Positions 29,539 through 38,764 of a DNA stretch of 44,224 nucleotides are shown here, piece by piece. Origin of the DNA: Fidelibacterota bacterium. GTDB lineage: Bacteria; Fidelibacterota; Marinisomatia; Marinisomatales; TCS56. The stretch lies in NCBI GenBank assembly GCA_043822705.1, contig JBDRBK010000154.1, forward strand, positions 1 to 44,224. The letters run 5' to 3'. The position numbers and the translations under genes were made by a program. A model generated the notes under the pieces. That model had not been told where the DNA came from. It did not search any database and worked only from the letters and a program-made list of their open reading frames with translations. Numbering within the stretch: the stretch's first letter is position 1; each line of letters begins with the position of its first letter.

Positions 29539-32241
29539 ATGAAATACGTTTATTTTTTTGGTGATGGTCAGGCCGACGGCCGGGCTGATATGAAAAACCT
29601 GCTGGGCGGCAAGGGTGCCAACCTAGCCGAAATGACTGCCCTAGGGATTCCGGTCCCACCCGGTTTCACGATTACAACCGAAGTGTGTAACGCCTATTAC
29701 GCCAACGACCGGCAATTACCGGCCGAGGTGGATGTGCAGGTTAAAGAAGTGTTGAAAAGAATTGAAGCCATCATGGGTAAAAAATTCGGCGACGTCGACG
29801 AACCGCTGTTGCTTTCGGTTCGTTCCGGTGCCCGGGTTTCGATGCCCGGCATGATGGAGACCGTCCTGAATGTCGGTCTCACTTCCAAAACCATCCCCGG
29901 CCTGATCAAGAAGACCGGCAATTCAAAATTTGTTTACGACGCCTATCGCCGCCTGATCATGATGTACACCGACGTTGTCATGGAAAAGGCCGCCGGCATC
30001 GAACCGGCCGATGGCGATGGCATCCGCCATCAGTTGGAAGAACTGCTGGATGAGTATAAACAAGCGCATAATTATAAATCCGATGTCGATCTTAGTGGTG
30101 ACGACTGGAAGACGCTGTCCGAACAGTTTAAACTTAAAATCAAGGAAGTGCTGGGAACCGAATTTCCCGATGATCCCTGGGATCAGTTATGGGGCGGCGT
30201 TAAGGCCGTTTTCCAGAGCTGGATGGGACGGCGCGCCATCAGCTACCGCCGGATCGAAGGTTTGCCCGGCGAATGGGGCACCGCCGTCAATGTCCAGACG
30301 ATGGTTTTCGGTAACCTCGGCGACGAAAGCGCCACCGGCGTGGCCTTTACCCGCAACCCCGCCACCGGTGAAAATCTATTTTATGGCGAATGGCTGCAGA
30401 ACGCCCAGGGTGAAGATGTAGTGGCGGGTACCCGCACCCCCAACCCACTGAATGAAGCCACCCGCACCGGCGAGAGTCAGAATCATATCTCCCTGGAAAA
30501 ATTCAAGCCCGAGCTGTACACCATGCTCGACGGTATCCGCACCAAACTGGAGCAGCACTACCGCGACATGCAGGATATTGAATTCACGATCCAGGAAGGC
30601 ACCCTGTGGATGCTTCAGACCCGTAACGGCAAGCGGAACGGTCTGGCGGCGCTGCGGATGGCGGTGGAGATGTTCCACGAAGGATTGATTTCCAAGAAAG
30701 AAGCAATTTTACGGGTCGGTCCCGGCCAATTAGACGAGCTGCTGCATCCCATGCTGGATCCGCAATCAGAACTTAAAGCGCATCCTCTGGCCAAGGGACT
30801 GCCGGCCGGACCCGGCGGCGCCTACGGTCAGGTGGTATTCACCGCCGATGACGCCGAAACCTGGGCCAAAAAAGGCAAAACAGTCATCCTGGTGCGCAAT
30901 GAAACTTCCCCGGAAGACGTCCACGGCATGCATGCCGCCGCCGCCATTCTGACCGCCAAAGGCGGTATGACTTCCCACGCCGCTCTGGTTGCCCGTGGCT
31001 GGGGTAAGTGCTGTATCGTTGGTTGCAGCGCTCTCAATATCAACAGCCGCAAAAAGACCATCACCGTCAATGGCAAAACATTGAAGGAGGGCGCCTGGAT
31101 TTCCATGAACGGCACCAAGGGCGTTGTGTACGAAGGTCAGATTTCCCAACTGCCGGCCGATCCCGACTCCAACCCCTTCTATGCTGAATTGATGCAGTGG
31201 GCCGATGAAACCCGGACCCTGGGCATCCGTACCAATGCTGATAGTCCTGCCGACTCGGCCCAGGCCCGTGCATTCGGCGCCGAGGGAATCGGTCTCTGCC
31301 GCACCGAGCACATGTTCTTCGATCCCAAGCGGATCATGGCCATGCGCAAGATGATCCTGGCGGAAACCGTGGTAGAACGCCGGGCCGCAGTCAACGAACT
31401 GCTGCCTTTCCAGCGCGATGATTTCAAGGGCATCCTGAAGGCGATGGCAGGACTGCCGGTCACGATCCGTCTGCTGGACCCGCCGCTGCACGAATTCATC
31501 ACCCTGGATGAGACCCAGATACAGGAATTGTCCGCCGCCGTCAACATTCCGGTGGAAAAAATAAAAAACCGCATTGTTTCCCTGCATGAGCTCAATCCCA
31601 TGCTCGGCCATCGTGGTTGTCGCCTGGGCGTGGCCTATCCGGAAATTACCGAGATGCAGGCCCGCGCTATTTTCGAAGCAACCGCCGAACTGACCAAATC
31701 CGGTGTGGACGTCCGGCCGGAAGTAATGATTCCCCTGGTCGGTACCTATACCGAGTATAATAACCAGGAAGTGATCGTACGCAGTGTCGCCGCTCAGGTG
31801 ATGGAAGAAACCGGCGTCGAATTCAAGTACCTGGTCGGTACGATGATCGAACTGCCGCGCGCCTGTTTGACTGCCGACGAGATCGCCGCCAAAGCCGAAT
31901 TCTTCAGCTTTGGTACCAATGATCTGACCCAGACCACCTACGGTTTCTCCCGGGATGACATCGGCGGCTTTCTGCCCATGTACCTGGAGAATAAAATCAT
32001 GGCTCACGATCCTTTCCAGAGTCTGGATGTAACCGGCGTCGGACAGTTGATCGACATCGCCGTGAAAAAAGGCCGCCAGGTCCGCAAAGATCTGAAGATC
32101 GGTATCTGCGGCGAACATGGCGGCGACCCGGCCAGTATCGATTTCTGCCACAAGGCCGGCCTGAATTACGTCAGTTGCTCACCCTTCCGGGTGCCGATTG
32201 CCCGACTGGCTGCCGCCCACGCAACGCTGAAAAATAAATAA
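29539..32241 (+). CDS. ppdK: Pyruvate, phosphate dikinase
   Basis: LLGGKGANLAEM, SVRSGARVSMPGMM, GGMTSHAA (phospho-His), GLCRTEHM, SFGTNDLTQ, CGEHGGDP. Confidence 0.97.
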   Translation: MKYVYFFGDGQADGRADMKNLLGGKGANLAEMTALGIPVPPGFTITTEVCNAYYANDRQLPAEVDVQVKEVLKRIEAIMGKKFGDVDEPLLLSVRSGARVSMPGMMETVLNVGLTSKTIPGLIKKTGNSKFVYDAYRRLIMMYTDVVMEKAAGIEPADGDGIRHQLEELLDEYKQAHNYKSDVDLSGDDWKTLSEQFKLKIKEVLGTEFPDDPWDQLWGGVKAVFQSWMGRRAISYRRIEGLPGEWGTAVNVQTMVFGNLGDESATGVAFTRNPATGENLFYGEWLQNAQGEDVVAGTRTPNPLNEATRTGESQNHISLEKFKPELYTMLDGIRTKLEQHYRDMQDIEFTIQEGTLWMLQTRNGKRNGLAALRMAVEMFHEGLISKKEAILRVGPGQLDELLHPMLDPQSELKAHPLAKGLPAGPGGAYGQVVFTADDAETWAKKGKTVILVRNETSPEDVHGMHAAAAILTAKGGMTSHAALVARGWGKCCIVGCSALNINSRKKTITVNGKTLKEGAWISMNGTKGVVYEGQISQLPADPDSNPFYAELMQWADETRTLGIRTNADSPADSAQARAFGAEGIGLCRTEHMFFDPKRIMAMRKMILAETVVERRAAVNELLPFQRDDFKGILKAMAGLPVTIRLLDPPLHEFITLDETQIQELSAAVNIPVEKIKNRIVSLHELNPMLGHRGCRLGVAYPEITEMQARAIFEATAELTKSGVDVRPEVMIPLVGTYTEYNNQEVIVRSVAAQVMEETGVEFKYLVGTMIELPRACLTADEIAAKAEFFSFGTNDLTQTTYGFSRDDIGGFLPMYLENKIMAHDPFQSLDVTGVGQLIDIAVKKGRQVRKDLKIGICGEHGGDPASIDFCHKAGLNYVSCSPFRVPIARLAAAHATLKNK

Positions 32242-32264
32242 TCGATACCTAATCGAGAATGCAT

Positions 32265-32295
32265 AAAGGGCACGCCTCTGGTGTGCCCTTTTTAT
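32265..32295 (+). terminator. Intrinsic terminator after ppdK
   Basis: AAAGGGCACGCC-TCT-GGTGTGCCCTTT followed by further Ts. Confidence 0.8.
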
Positions 32296-32349
32296 ACCTC
32301 ATGAGTATATTTTAATTTCTTATATTTAGATAGTTTAAAGGGGTAATGT

Positions 32350-33850
32350 ATGAAAGTAACCGGAATCGAATTAATTAATGTCCGCGGATTTAAACATCTG
32401 GAAAGAACTGAATTATCCACTACAATTAATGTGTTTGTGGGGCCAAATAACTCTGGTAAATCCACTATAATAAACTCCATATATATATTACAAAACCCTA
32501 ATGTGTTACAAAAAAGAGATATTACTATTGGTGAACAGAATGGTGAAATAAGATTGTATGTAAAAGGTAATTATCCACCAGTAATGAAACTTGATTCACA
32601 CTCTCAATATATATTAAAGATGTTGACCGGCGGCAATCTGCAAATTAATCGAGGTCAACTAGGTAATAGCAGTTTAGGCCAAATTCCACCAAAAGAACCT
32701 GAAAATCTAATATATCCATATCTCTCAAAAAGGAAAGTTGCAAGCTTTAATGATGCTATTAACGATAGTGTTGCAAATTCAATAACCGGGAATTTTTCAA
32801 ATTTATTTGCCAAAATTGATAGGCTTGTTACTCCAGAATTTCAACCAGCGAACAGTGAATATTTAAAAGCCTGTGATGACATTTTAAGTTTTAGAATTTC
32901 CTCAATTGCTAGTTCTAACGGCAAACAAGCTGTGTATTTTATAAGGAATAATGAAAATATTACTTTATCTGCGATGGGTGATGGAGTCGTAAATATTTTG
33001 GGCTTGATCACAGATTTATGCGTAGCTGAAAACAAAATATTTCTTATTGAAGAACCTGAAAATGATATTCATCCTAAGGCACTCAAATTGCTTTTAGATT
33101 TAATTATTGAAAAATCAGTTTTTTATTTCTACTCACTCCAATATTGTAATGAAGCATTTGGGCGCTTTTGAACAAACAAAAGTGTTTTCTGTTACCAACG
33201 AAAAATATGATGAAAAACGACCAGCATTGTTTCTATCGGAAATGAAAGAAATACAAAACAACCCGATCGAAAGAAGACAAATATTAGAAGATTTAGGATA
33301 CGATCTCTTTGATTTCGATTTATGGAAAGGTTGGTTGTTTTTAGAGGAATCATCTGCTGAAGTATTGATACGAGATTATTTTATTAAATGGTGCGTTCCA
33401 CAACTCAAGTACAAACTACGAACCTTTTCCGCTGGATCAAGCAGTAAGGTCAAATCAAAGTTCGAAGATTTTAATCGCTTATTTGTTTTTCTTCATCTTG
33501 AGCCAACATATAAAAACAAGGTTTGGGTCTATATTGATTCCGGTGAAATTGAAGATGATATTATTTTAAAAATGAAAGAAAAGTATTCCGCTTCAGGATG
33601 GTCGGTGGAACAATTTGGACAATTTTCTGAACATGATTTCGAAAAATATTACCCTGTAGTTTTTGAGCCCGAGGTAAAAAGAGTTTTATCTATTACGGAC
33701 AAGCAACAAAAGAAAAAAGAAAAGGCTATTCTCCTTGAAAGTGTAAAAGATTGGATAAACGAAAATCCCGCCGAAGCTGAAATTGAATTCAAAGAAAGTG
33801 CATCCGAAATAATTAAAATTCTAAAAATGATAAATAAAAAACTATCTTAG
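32350..33850 (+). pseudogene. AT-rich ABC/AAA-ATPase plus C-terminal TOPRIM-like protein (OLD-family ATP-dependent nuclease-like), split by a frameshift at about 33110-33125
   Basis: Walker A VGPNNSGKST, signature AMGDG and Walker B LIEEPENDIHP lie in ORF 32350-33171. The H-loop QFFISTHS and acidic LFLEESSAE/VYIDS lie in the overlapping frame 33107-33850. Confidence 0.75.
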
Positions 33851-33894
33851 ATTTTCAGTGTTCTCCGTGACATTTGTGCCTTAGTATTTAATAC

Positions 33895-35286
33895 TTACGC
33901 CGGTTCGAACTTGGCCGTAAAATGCCGCAGGAACGGCGGTTGCTCGGTGATCCGATAGCCGGGAATTTTTTCCTTTTTATCGAAGACTTCTTTCGCCACT
34001 TCCAGAACATAATCAATGTGGCTCTGGGTGTGGGTGCGGCGCGGCAGGGCCAGGCGTACCAGTTCCATGGCACCGGGCGTTTCTTTGCCGGTCTTGTGGT
34101 CCACCTTGCCGAACATGACCGAACCGATCTCGACCGTGCGGATGCCGCCGGTGCGGTACAGTTCCACCGACAGGGCCTGGCCGGGATACTGCAACGGCGG
34201 TATCCAGGGCAGCAGCGCCTTGGCATCGATATAGATGGCGTGACCGCCGGGTGGCTGCACGATCGGGTAACCCAGGCGGGTAAGTCCGTCGCCCAGGTAT
34301 TTGGCCTCGGAAATGCGGTACAGCAGGTAATCTTCGTCGAGCACTTCTTCCAGCCCCACCGCGATTGCTTCCAGGTCGCGGCCGGCCAGGCCGCCATAAG
34401 TCGGGAAGCCTTCGGTCAGGATCAGCAGATCTTTTTCCTGCCGGGCCAGGTCGCCTTCATTGGTGCAGAGAAAACCGCCGATATTGGCCATTCCGTCTTT
34501 CTTGGCGCTCATGGTGCAGCCGTCGCCGTAGCTGAACATTTCCTGCACGATTTCCCGCACTGATGTATTCTCGTAGCCCTTTTCCCGCTGTTTGATAAAA
34601 AAGGCGTTCTCGGCAAAGCGGCAGGCATCGAAATACAGCGGAATGCCGTACTTATTGAGCAGGGCACGTGTGGCTTTGATATTCGCCATCGATACCGGCT
34701 GGCCGCCGCCGGAATTATTGGTCACCGTCAACATGCAGAGCGGTATTTTTTCTACGCCGACTCGTTTAATCAGGGCCTCCAGTTTTTCCAGGTCCATATT
34801 GCCCTTGAATGGATGGAGGCAGGACGGGTCGCGGCCTTCGTCGATCACCAGATCCACGGCCTGGGCGCCGCGATATTCCACATTGGCGCGGGTGGTATCA
34901 AAATGCGTGTTGTTGGGCACGACGTCGCCTTCCCGGCACATCACCGAGAACAGGATTCGTTCCGCCGCCCGGCCCTGATGGGTCGGAATCACGTGGGTAA
35001 AACCGAAAATCTTTTTTACCGCCGCCTCGAAACGCTGATAACTGACACTGCCGGCATAGGATTCGTCACCGCGCATGATCGCGGCCCATTGTTCCGAGCT
35101 CATGGCGCCGGTACCGCTGTCGGTCAATAAATCGATCAGCACATTTTGAGCCTCGATCTTGAACAGGTTATAATGCGCCTCCCGCAGGTATTCTTCCCGC
35201 TCGATCGCCGTGGTCATGCGAATCGGCTGGACGGATTTAATGATGAATGGTTCGATTACTGTTCGAAACTGCGGTCTATCCGACAT
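33895..35286 (-). CDS. tnaA: Tryptophanase (beta-eliminating lyase family; tyrosine phenol-lyase not excluded)
   Basis: IDLLTDSGT, GDESYAG, HQGRAAE, DACRFAEN, MSAKKD (PLP-Lys), EGFPTYGG. Confidence 0.85.
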   Translation of the reverse strand: MSDRPQFRTVIEPFIIKSVQPIRMTTAIEREEYLREAHYNLFKIEAQNVLIDLLTDSGTGAMSSEQWAAIMRGDESYAGSVSYQRFEAAVKKIFGFTHVIPTHQGRAAERILFSVMCREGDVVPNNTHFDTTRANVEYRGAQAVDLVIDEGRDPSCLHPFKGNMDLEKLEALIKRVGVEKIPLCMLTVTNNSGGGQPVSMANIKATRALLNKYGIPLYFDACRFAENAFFIKQREKGYENTSVREIVQEMFSYGDGCTMSAKKDGMANIGGFLCTNEGDLARQEKDLLILTEGFPTYGGLAGRDLEAIAVGLEEVLDEDYLLYRISEAKYLGDGLTRLGYPIVQPPGGHAIYIDAKALLPWIPPLQYPGQALSVELYRTGGIRTVEIGSVMFGKVDHKTGKETPGAMELVRLALPRRTHTQSHIDYVLEVAKEVFDKKEKIPGYRITEQPPFLRHFTAKFEPA

Positions 35287-35382
35287 ATCTATACCTCTTT
35301 GAAGAAATTGATCGGATCAAAATTAAGCCTGGCACAATTCAGTTAGAAATCATTTGGCGGCACGGTCATGCCGCGGATAAAC

Positions 35383-35409
35383 AAAAAAGCCCCCGTAGGC
35401 CGGAGGCTT
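35383..35409 (-). terminator. Intrinsic terminator closing the motor-like operon
   Basis: Minus strand AAGCCTCCG-GCCTA-CGGGGGCTT followed by further Ts. Confidence 0.8.
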
Positions 35410-35433
35410 ATTGGCTAATTTTAATGCTCGGCG

Positions 35434-36363
35434 TTATTCAACCATCTCGCTGCCGCCGGCCAGATCTTCCAGTTTATACTCGCCGGCTTTTTCCATCTGG
35501 CGAGCCGCCTGGACGATCGTTTTGCGGGCCTTGTCGATCTCACGTTTGGCCACCGCGCCTTCGACCGGTTCGAACATGGCCTGTTTTTTCTGCGGCAGGC
35601 TTTCCAGAACATGATTGACGATATCCTCGTCCATTCCTTTCATGGCCATGGCGATCGTGTCCAGCTCGACCGAGTTCATCAGGTCGCGTAACAGTCCATC
35701 GGGGAAAATTTCAAAAATATCCTCAAAGGTCAGATAGTGTTTTTTCACCGCCCGCGCCAGATCGGGATCTTCGTTGGTGATCGCTTCCAGATATTTCCGT
35801 TCGTCTTCCGGATCCATCTCGCCTAAAATATCGGCAATATCTTTGCCGCCACCGCGGGAGAAATTCACCGTCCGCGGCAGGAAATGCGACTTATCCTCCA
35901 GGTCGCGGGCCACATCGACAACGCCTTCCAGAGGAATATCGACCAGGTTACCCATATCGATCAGGACCCGGCCTTTGGTCTCGGCGTCCAGGCGGCCCAG
36001 CACCAGCATGCGGCGGGACTGCGGCAATTGCGCGATGGCGATTGCGATCACGCGCGGCGATTCCGACACCAGCAGGGCGACCACCTGTTCGTCGGTAAGC
36101 GGGTCCATGAAACCGAAGGGGCGTTTGGGTTCGTCACCGGCTTCCTGGAATTTTTCGCTGATAAAACTGAAATAAAATTCTTCGATTACCCGTTTTTTAA
36201 CGGTAAAGGACACCGATCCAAGCTCGCGAATGGTGGCCCTTACCCGGCGCAGATCGGTCTGGGAAATCCCCTTGATCAGGGTCATCGCCAGACTTTCACC
36301 TAAAACTGAAAACAGGATGGCGACTTTCTGCAGTCCGGATAACCGGTTATAATCTGTGATCAT
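35434..36363 (-). CDS. fliG: FliG-like rotor protein (N, M and C domains; divergent)
   Basis: LSGLQKVAILFSVLGE (FliG_N), PFGF...ESPRVIAIAIAQL (FliG_M), GG hinge, LTFEDI, and C-terminal IDKARKTIVQAARQMEKAGE. Confidence 0.85.
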   Translation of the reverse strand: MITDYNRLSGLQKVAILFSVLGESLAMTLIKGISQTDLRRVRATIRELGSVSFTVKKRVIEEFYFSFISEKFQEAGDEPKRPFGFMDPLTDEQVVALLVSESPRVIAIAIAQLPQSRRMLVLGRLDAETKGRVLIDMGNLVDIPLEGVVDVARDLEDKSHFLPRTVNFSRGGGKDIADILGEMDPEDERKYLEAITNEDPDLARAVKKHYLTFEDIFEIFPDGLLRDLMNSVELDTIAMAMKGMDEDIVNHVLESLPQKKQAMFEPVEGAVAKREIDKARKTIVQAARQMEKAGEYKLEDLAGGSEMVE

Positions 36364-36375
36364 AGTCTGACCTTA

Positions 36376-37959
36376 TTATTTTTTCTTTTTCTTCCCTGTA
36401 TCCGGCGCTTCTACTTCCGCCGGTGGAGCTACCGGTTCCGGTGGCGGCGGCGGCGCTTCCTCGCCCATCCACTCGCGGACAATCCGCGTGGCCGTTTCCG
36501 GCTGGCCGACGCTCATCGAGACGACCGCCTTACGCATATCATTAATCTCGCTCTGCACGACACCCTGATCCGGTCCGCTGCTCACCTCAACCTCGACCGG
36601 CGGCAGTGTGACTGGTGTGATCGGTGTGATCGGTGCGGGTGGCGGTGGCGGAATTGTTACGGCCGGTTGCGGCATTGGTGCTTCAGCTAACTTGTCCTGA
36701 ATTCTTTTTTTTTTGCGCCGCGGCGGTGGCATCATCCAAGGGGGTGGCGGTGCATAACGCGGTTTGGAGCGATTGGTCATGACCAGTACGATCACCAGGG
36801 CCACCACCGCCAGCAGGGTGACAAACCCCATCAGGTAGAGCGGCAGATTATTCATGCCACCCTGGATTTTATCCAGTTCCGCCTGAACGCCTTCGAGTGT
36901 GGCAATTTTTTCGCTGATCTGGGCATCCAGTGCCGAACGCTCGGTCTCGACCTGCTGAACCCGGGACTGGGCGGCCTGAATTTCAGCGTCGGGGGTCGTA
37001 GGCGCTTCCATTTGACTGCGCAGGGTCTGAATTTCATTATTCAGTTGAATCAGCCGTAGTGAATCGCGCTGCAGAATATCACGGCGTTGCTGCTCGTAGG
37101 CACGGGCGCGGGCCGCCGTTTCCAGCTTGTCCAGTTCGGTCTGAAAATAACTGCGTTCCTGGTCCCGGCGCTGGACTTCGGCCTGTTTATACTGTTCCAG
37201 TTCCTGGCGCCAATCGGCTTCGGCGGCGGCACTCTCGACTACCCGCTGTTTTTCGATGGCGTCAACTTTGTCGGCAATGCTCTTTAAAAGAATCGCTTCG
37301 GCGGAACGCTGGTCGCGCCGCTCTTTGAAGGAGGCCGTCATAATGCTCAGGGCGTCACCGCGGGCCCGGTTGTAGCGCGCGGCTACCATTACAATCTGGC
37401 GAATGTTCTCGACCAGTTCCGGGGCAGCACCTTCCTGCAGAATCAGGCTGATATCCATTTTGCGGATCCGGGCGACCGAAAGCCGCTTGTCGGTCAAGAC
37501 CCGCGATACGATCTGGTCGCCACCCTGTGAAGAGGTGGTTTCCGCGACTATTTTTTCCGTCGCTACCACTTCCGGTTCGTCGTCGGACCCACTCATCTCG
37601 AATTCAAAACCGGGAATCGGCAAATAACTGTCGGTGTTGCGGCCGGTCTCCAGTTTCTTGCTGCCCGCCGCAACGGCACTGGTCAATTCGTCCAGCTCTC
37701 CGGCGCGACCGGCCTCGGTACTTGGAGCTACCGTGATTTGTTCCTGCACCTCGCTGGAAAGCTCCAGATCGACACTGACATCGATGACGTATTTCTGTTG
37801 ATCGATAATTTTGGATAATGCTTCCGTAATCTTCTTACGAATATCATTTTCCAGCATCAGTTTCTGGGTCAGATAACTTGTTTCCTGACCGCTCACCAGA
37901 TTAGATAACAGGGCAACGGTCGCTAATATTGTTATTTTCGCTGACAACCGTTTAATCAT
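36376..37959 (-). CDS. Truncated FliF-like M-ring protein (RBM3/S-ring domain, coiled coil, TM, Pro-rich linker, FliG-binding tail)
   Basis: LENDIRKKITEALSKII...VSVDL and IRKMDISLIL...IRQIV..A.RYNRARGDALSI...F match the split FliF C-terminal ring domain. The C-terminal PETATRIVREWM matches the FliF tail. Confidence 0.75.
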   Translation of the reverse strand: MIKRLSAKITILATVALLSNLVSGQETSYLTQKLMLENDIRKKITEALSKIIDQQKYVIDVSVDLELSSEVQEQITVAPSTEAGRAGELDELTSAVAAGSKKLETGRNTDSYLPIPGFEFEMSGSDDEPEVVATEKIVAETTSSQGGDQIVSRVLTDKRLSVARIRKMDISLILQEGAAPELVENIRQIVMVAARYNRARGDALSIMTASFKERRDQRSAEAILLKSIADKVDAIEKQRVVESAAAEADWRQELEQYKQAEVQRRDQERSYFQTELDKLETAARARAYEQQRRDILQRDSLRLIQLNNEIQTLRSQMEAPTTPDAEIQAAQSRVQQVETERSALDAQISEKIATLEGVQAELDKIQGGMNNLPLYLMGFVTLLAVVALVIVLVMTNRSKPRYAPPPPWMMPPPRRKKKRIQDKLAEAPMPQPAVTIPPPPPAPITPITPVTLPPVEVEVSSGPDQGVVQSEINDMRKAVVSMSVGQPETATRIVREWMGEEAPPPPPEPVAPPAEVEAPDTGKKKKK

Positions 37960-38017
37960 AATAACTCCTTGTCATGAATAGAAATTTCTACACCGAACAT
38001 TGCTCTCTTGCTCCTTG

Positions 38018-38752
38018 TCAGTTGCCGGCTTTGAAGGTGATTTCCACCCGGCGATTGCGCGCCTTTTCAACTTCGGTGCGATTATAGCGTGGAATCATAT
38101 TTCTTGTCAAAACCCGGTCGGTGGGGCGATCGCGCGGCAGGAATTCCGCCAGTCCGACCGACTCCAGGCGGGTTGGATCGACACCCAATTCGATCAGTTT
38201 TCGGACTACTTTTGCCGCCCGCGCGGCAGACAGTTCCCAATTGCTTTCGTATTTTTCCTGAAACCGGAGTGGCAAGGGATCGCTGTCGGTGTGTCCTTCA
38301 ACGGCGATCGGAAACTTGTTGTTGGGGTCGTTGATCGTCGGTACGAATTTTGCCAGAATTCCGATGATGCCGGGCTGGAGTTCCGCCGAGCCGGAACTGA
38401 AGCTGATATCCGATGAAATGCCGATCGTCACACCTTTGGGGCTGGTGCTGATTTCCACGTTTTCCTGTAAATCTTTATTTTCCTTCACCATTTTTTTTAC
38501 GGCCGCCTTGACGTCCGCCAGGTTCATGGCCTTACCTTCCTTTGTTTTCTTGCCGACTTTCTTACCCATCGAGTCGGCCATTTCCTGTAGCTTGACCGGA
38601 TCAATCGTGGAAATTGCCGCCAGTAAAACAAAGAACGCCAGCAGCAGGGTCATCATGTCCGCAAAGGTGGCGAACCACCCCGGCAGCCCCTCTTCAACTT
38701 CCCGAGCGCCGCGGGCTTTGTATTTTTTTATTTCACTTGCTGTAGCTGCCAT
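38018..38752 (-). CDS. motB: Stator subunit MotB/PomB (TM with Asp, OmpA-like PG-binding domain)
   Basis: WFATFADMMTLLLAFFVLL, VEGHTD, SNWELSAARA, RNRRVEI. Confidence 0.93.
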   Translation of the reverse strand: MAATASEIKKYKARGAREVEEGLPGWFATFADMMTLLLAFFVLLAAISTIDPVKLQEMADSMGKKVGKKTKEGKAMNLADVKAAVKKMVKENKDLQENVEISTSPKGVTIGISSDISFSSGSAELQPGIIGILAKFVPTINDPNNKFPIAVEGHTDSDPLPLRFQEKYESNWELSAARAAKVVRKLIELGVDPTRLESVGLAEFLPRDRPTDRVLTRNMIPRYNRTEVEKARNRRVEITFKAGN

Positions 38753-38764
38753 TGCCGCCGATCG

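Noticed and set aside
30766..32151. 461-aa antisense ORF inside ppdK
   Set aside because: Shadow ORF produced by codon bias on the opposite strand of a conserved gene; no recognisable motifs.
35287..35382. tnaC-like leader peptide or attenuator upstream of tnaA
   Set aside because: No convincing Trp-containing leader ORF in the short gap.
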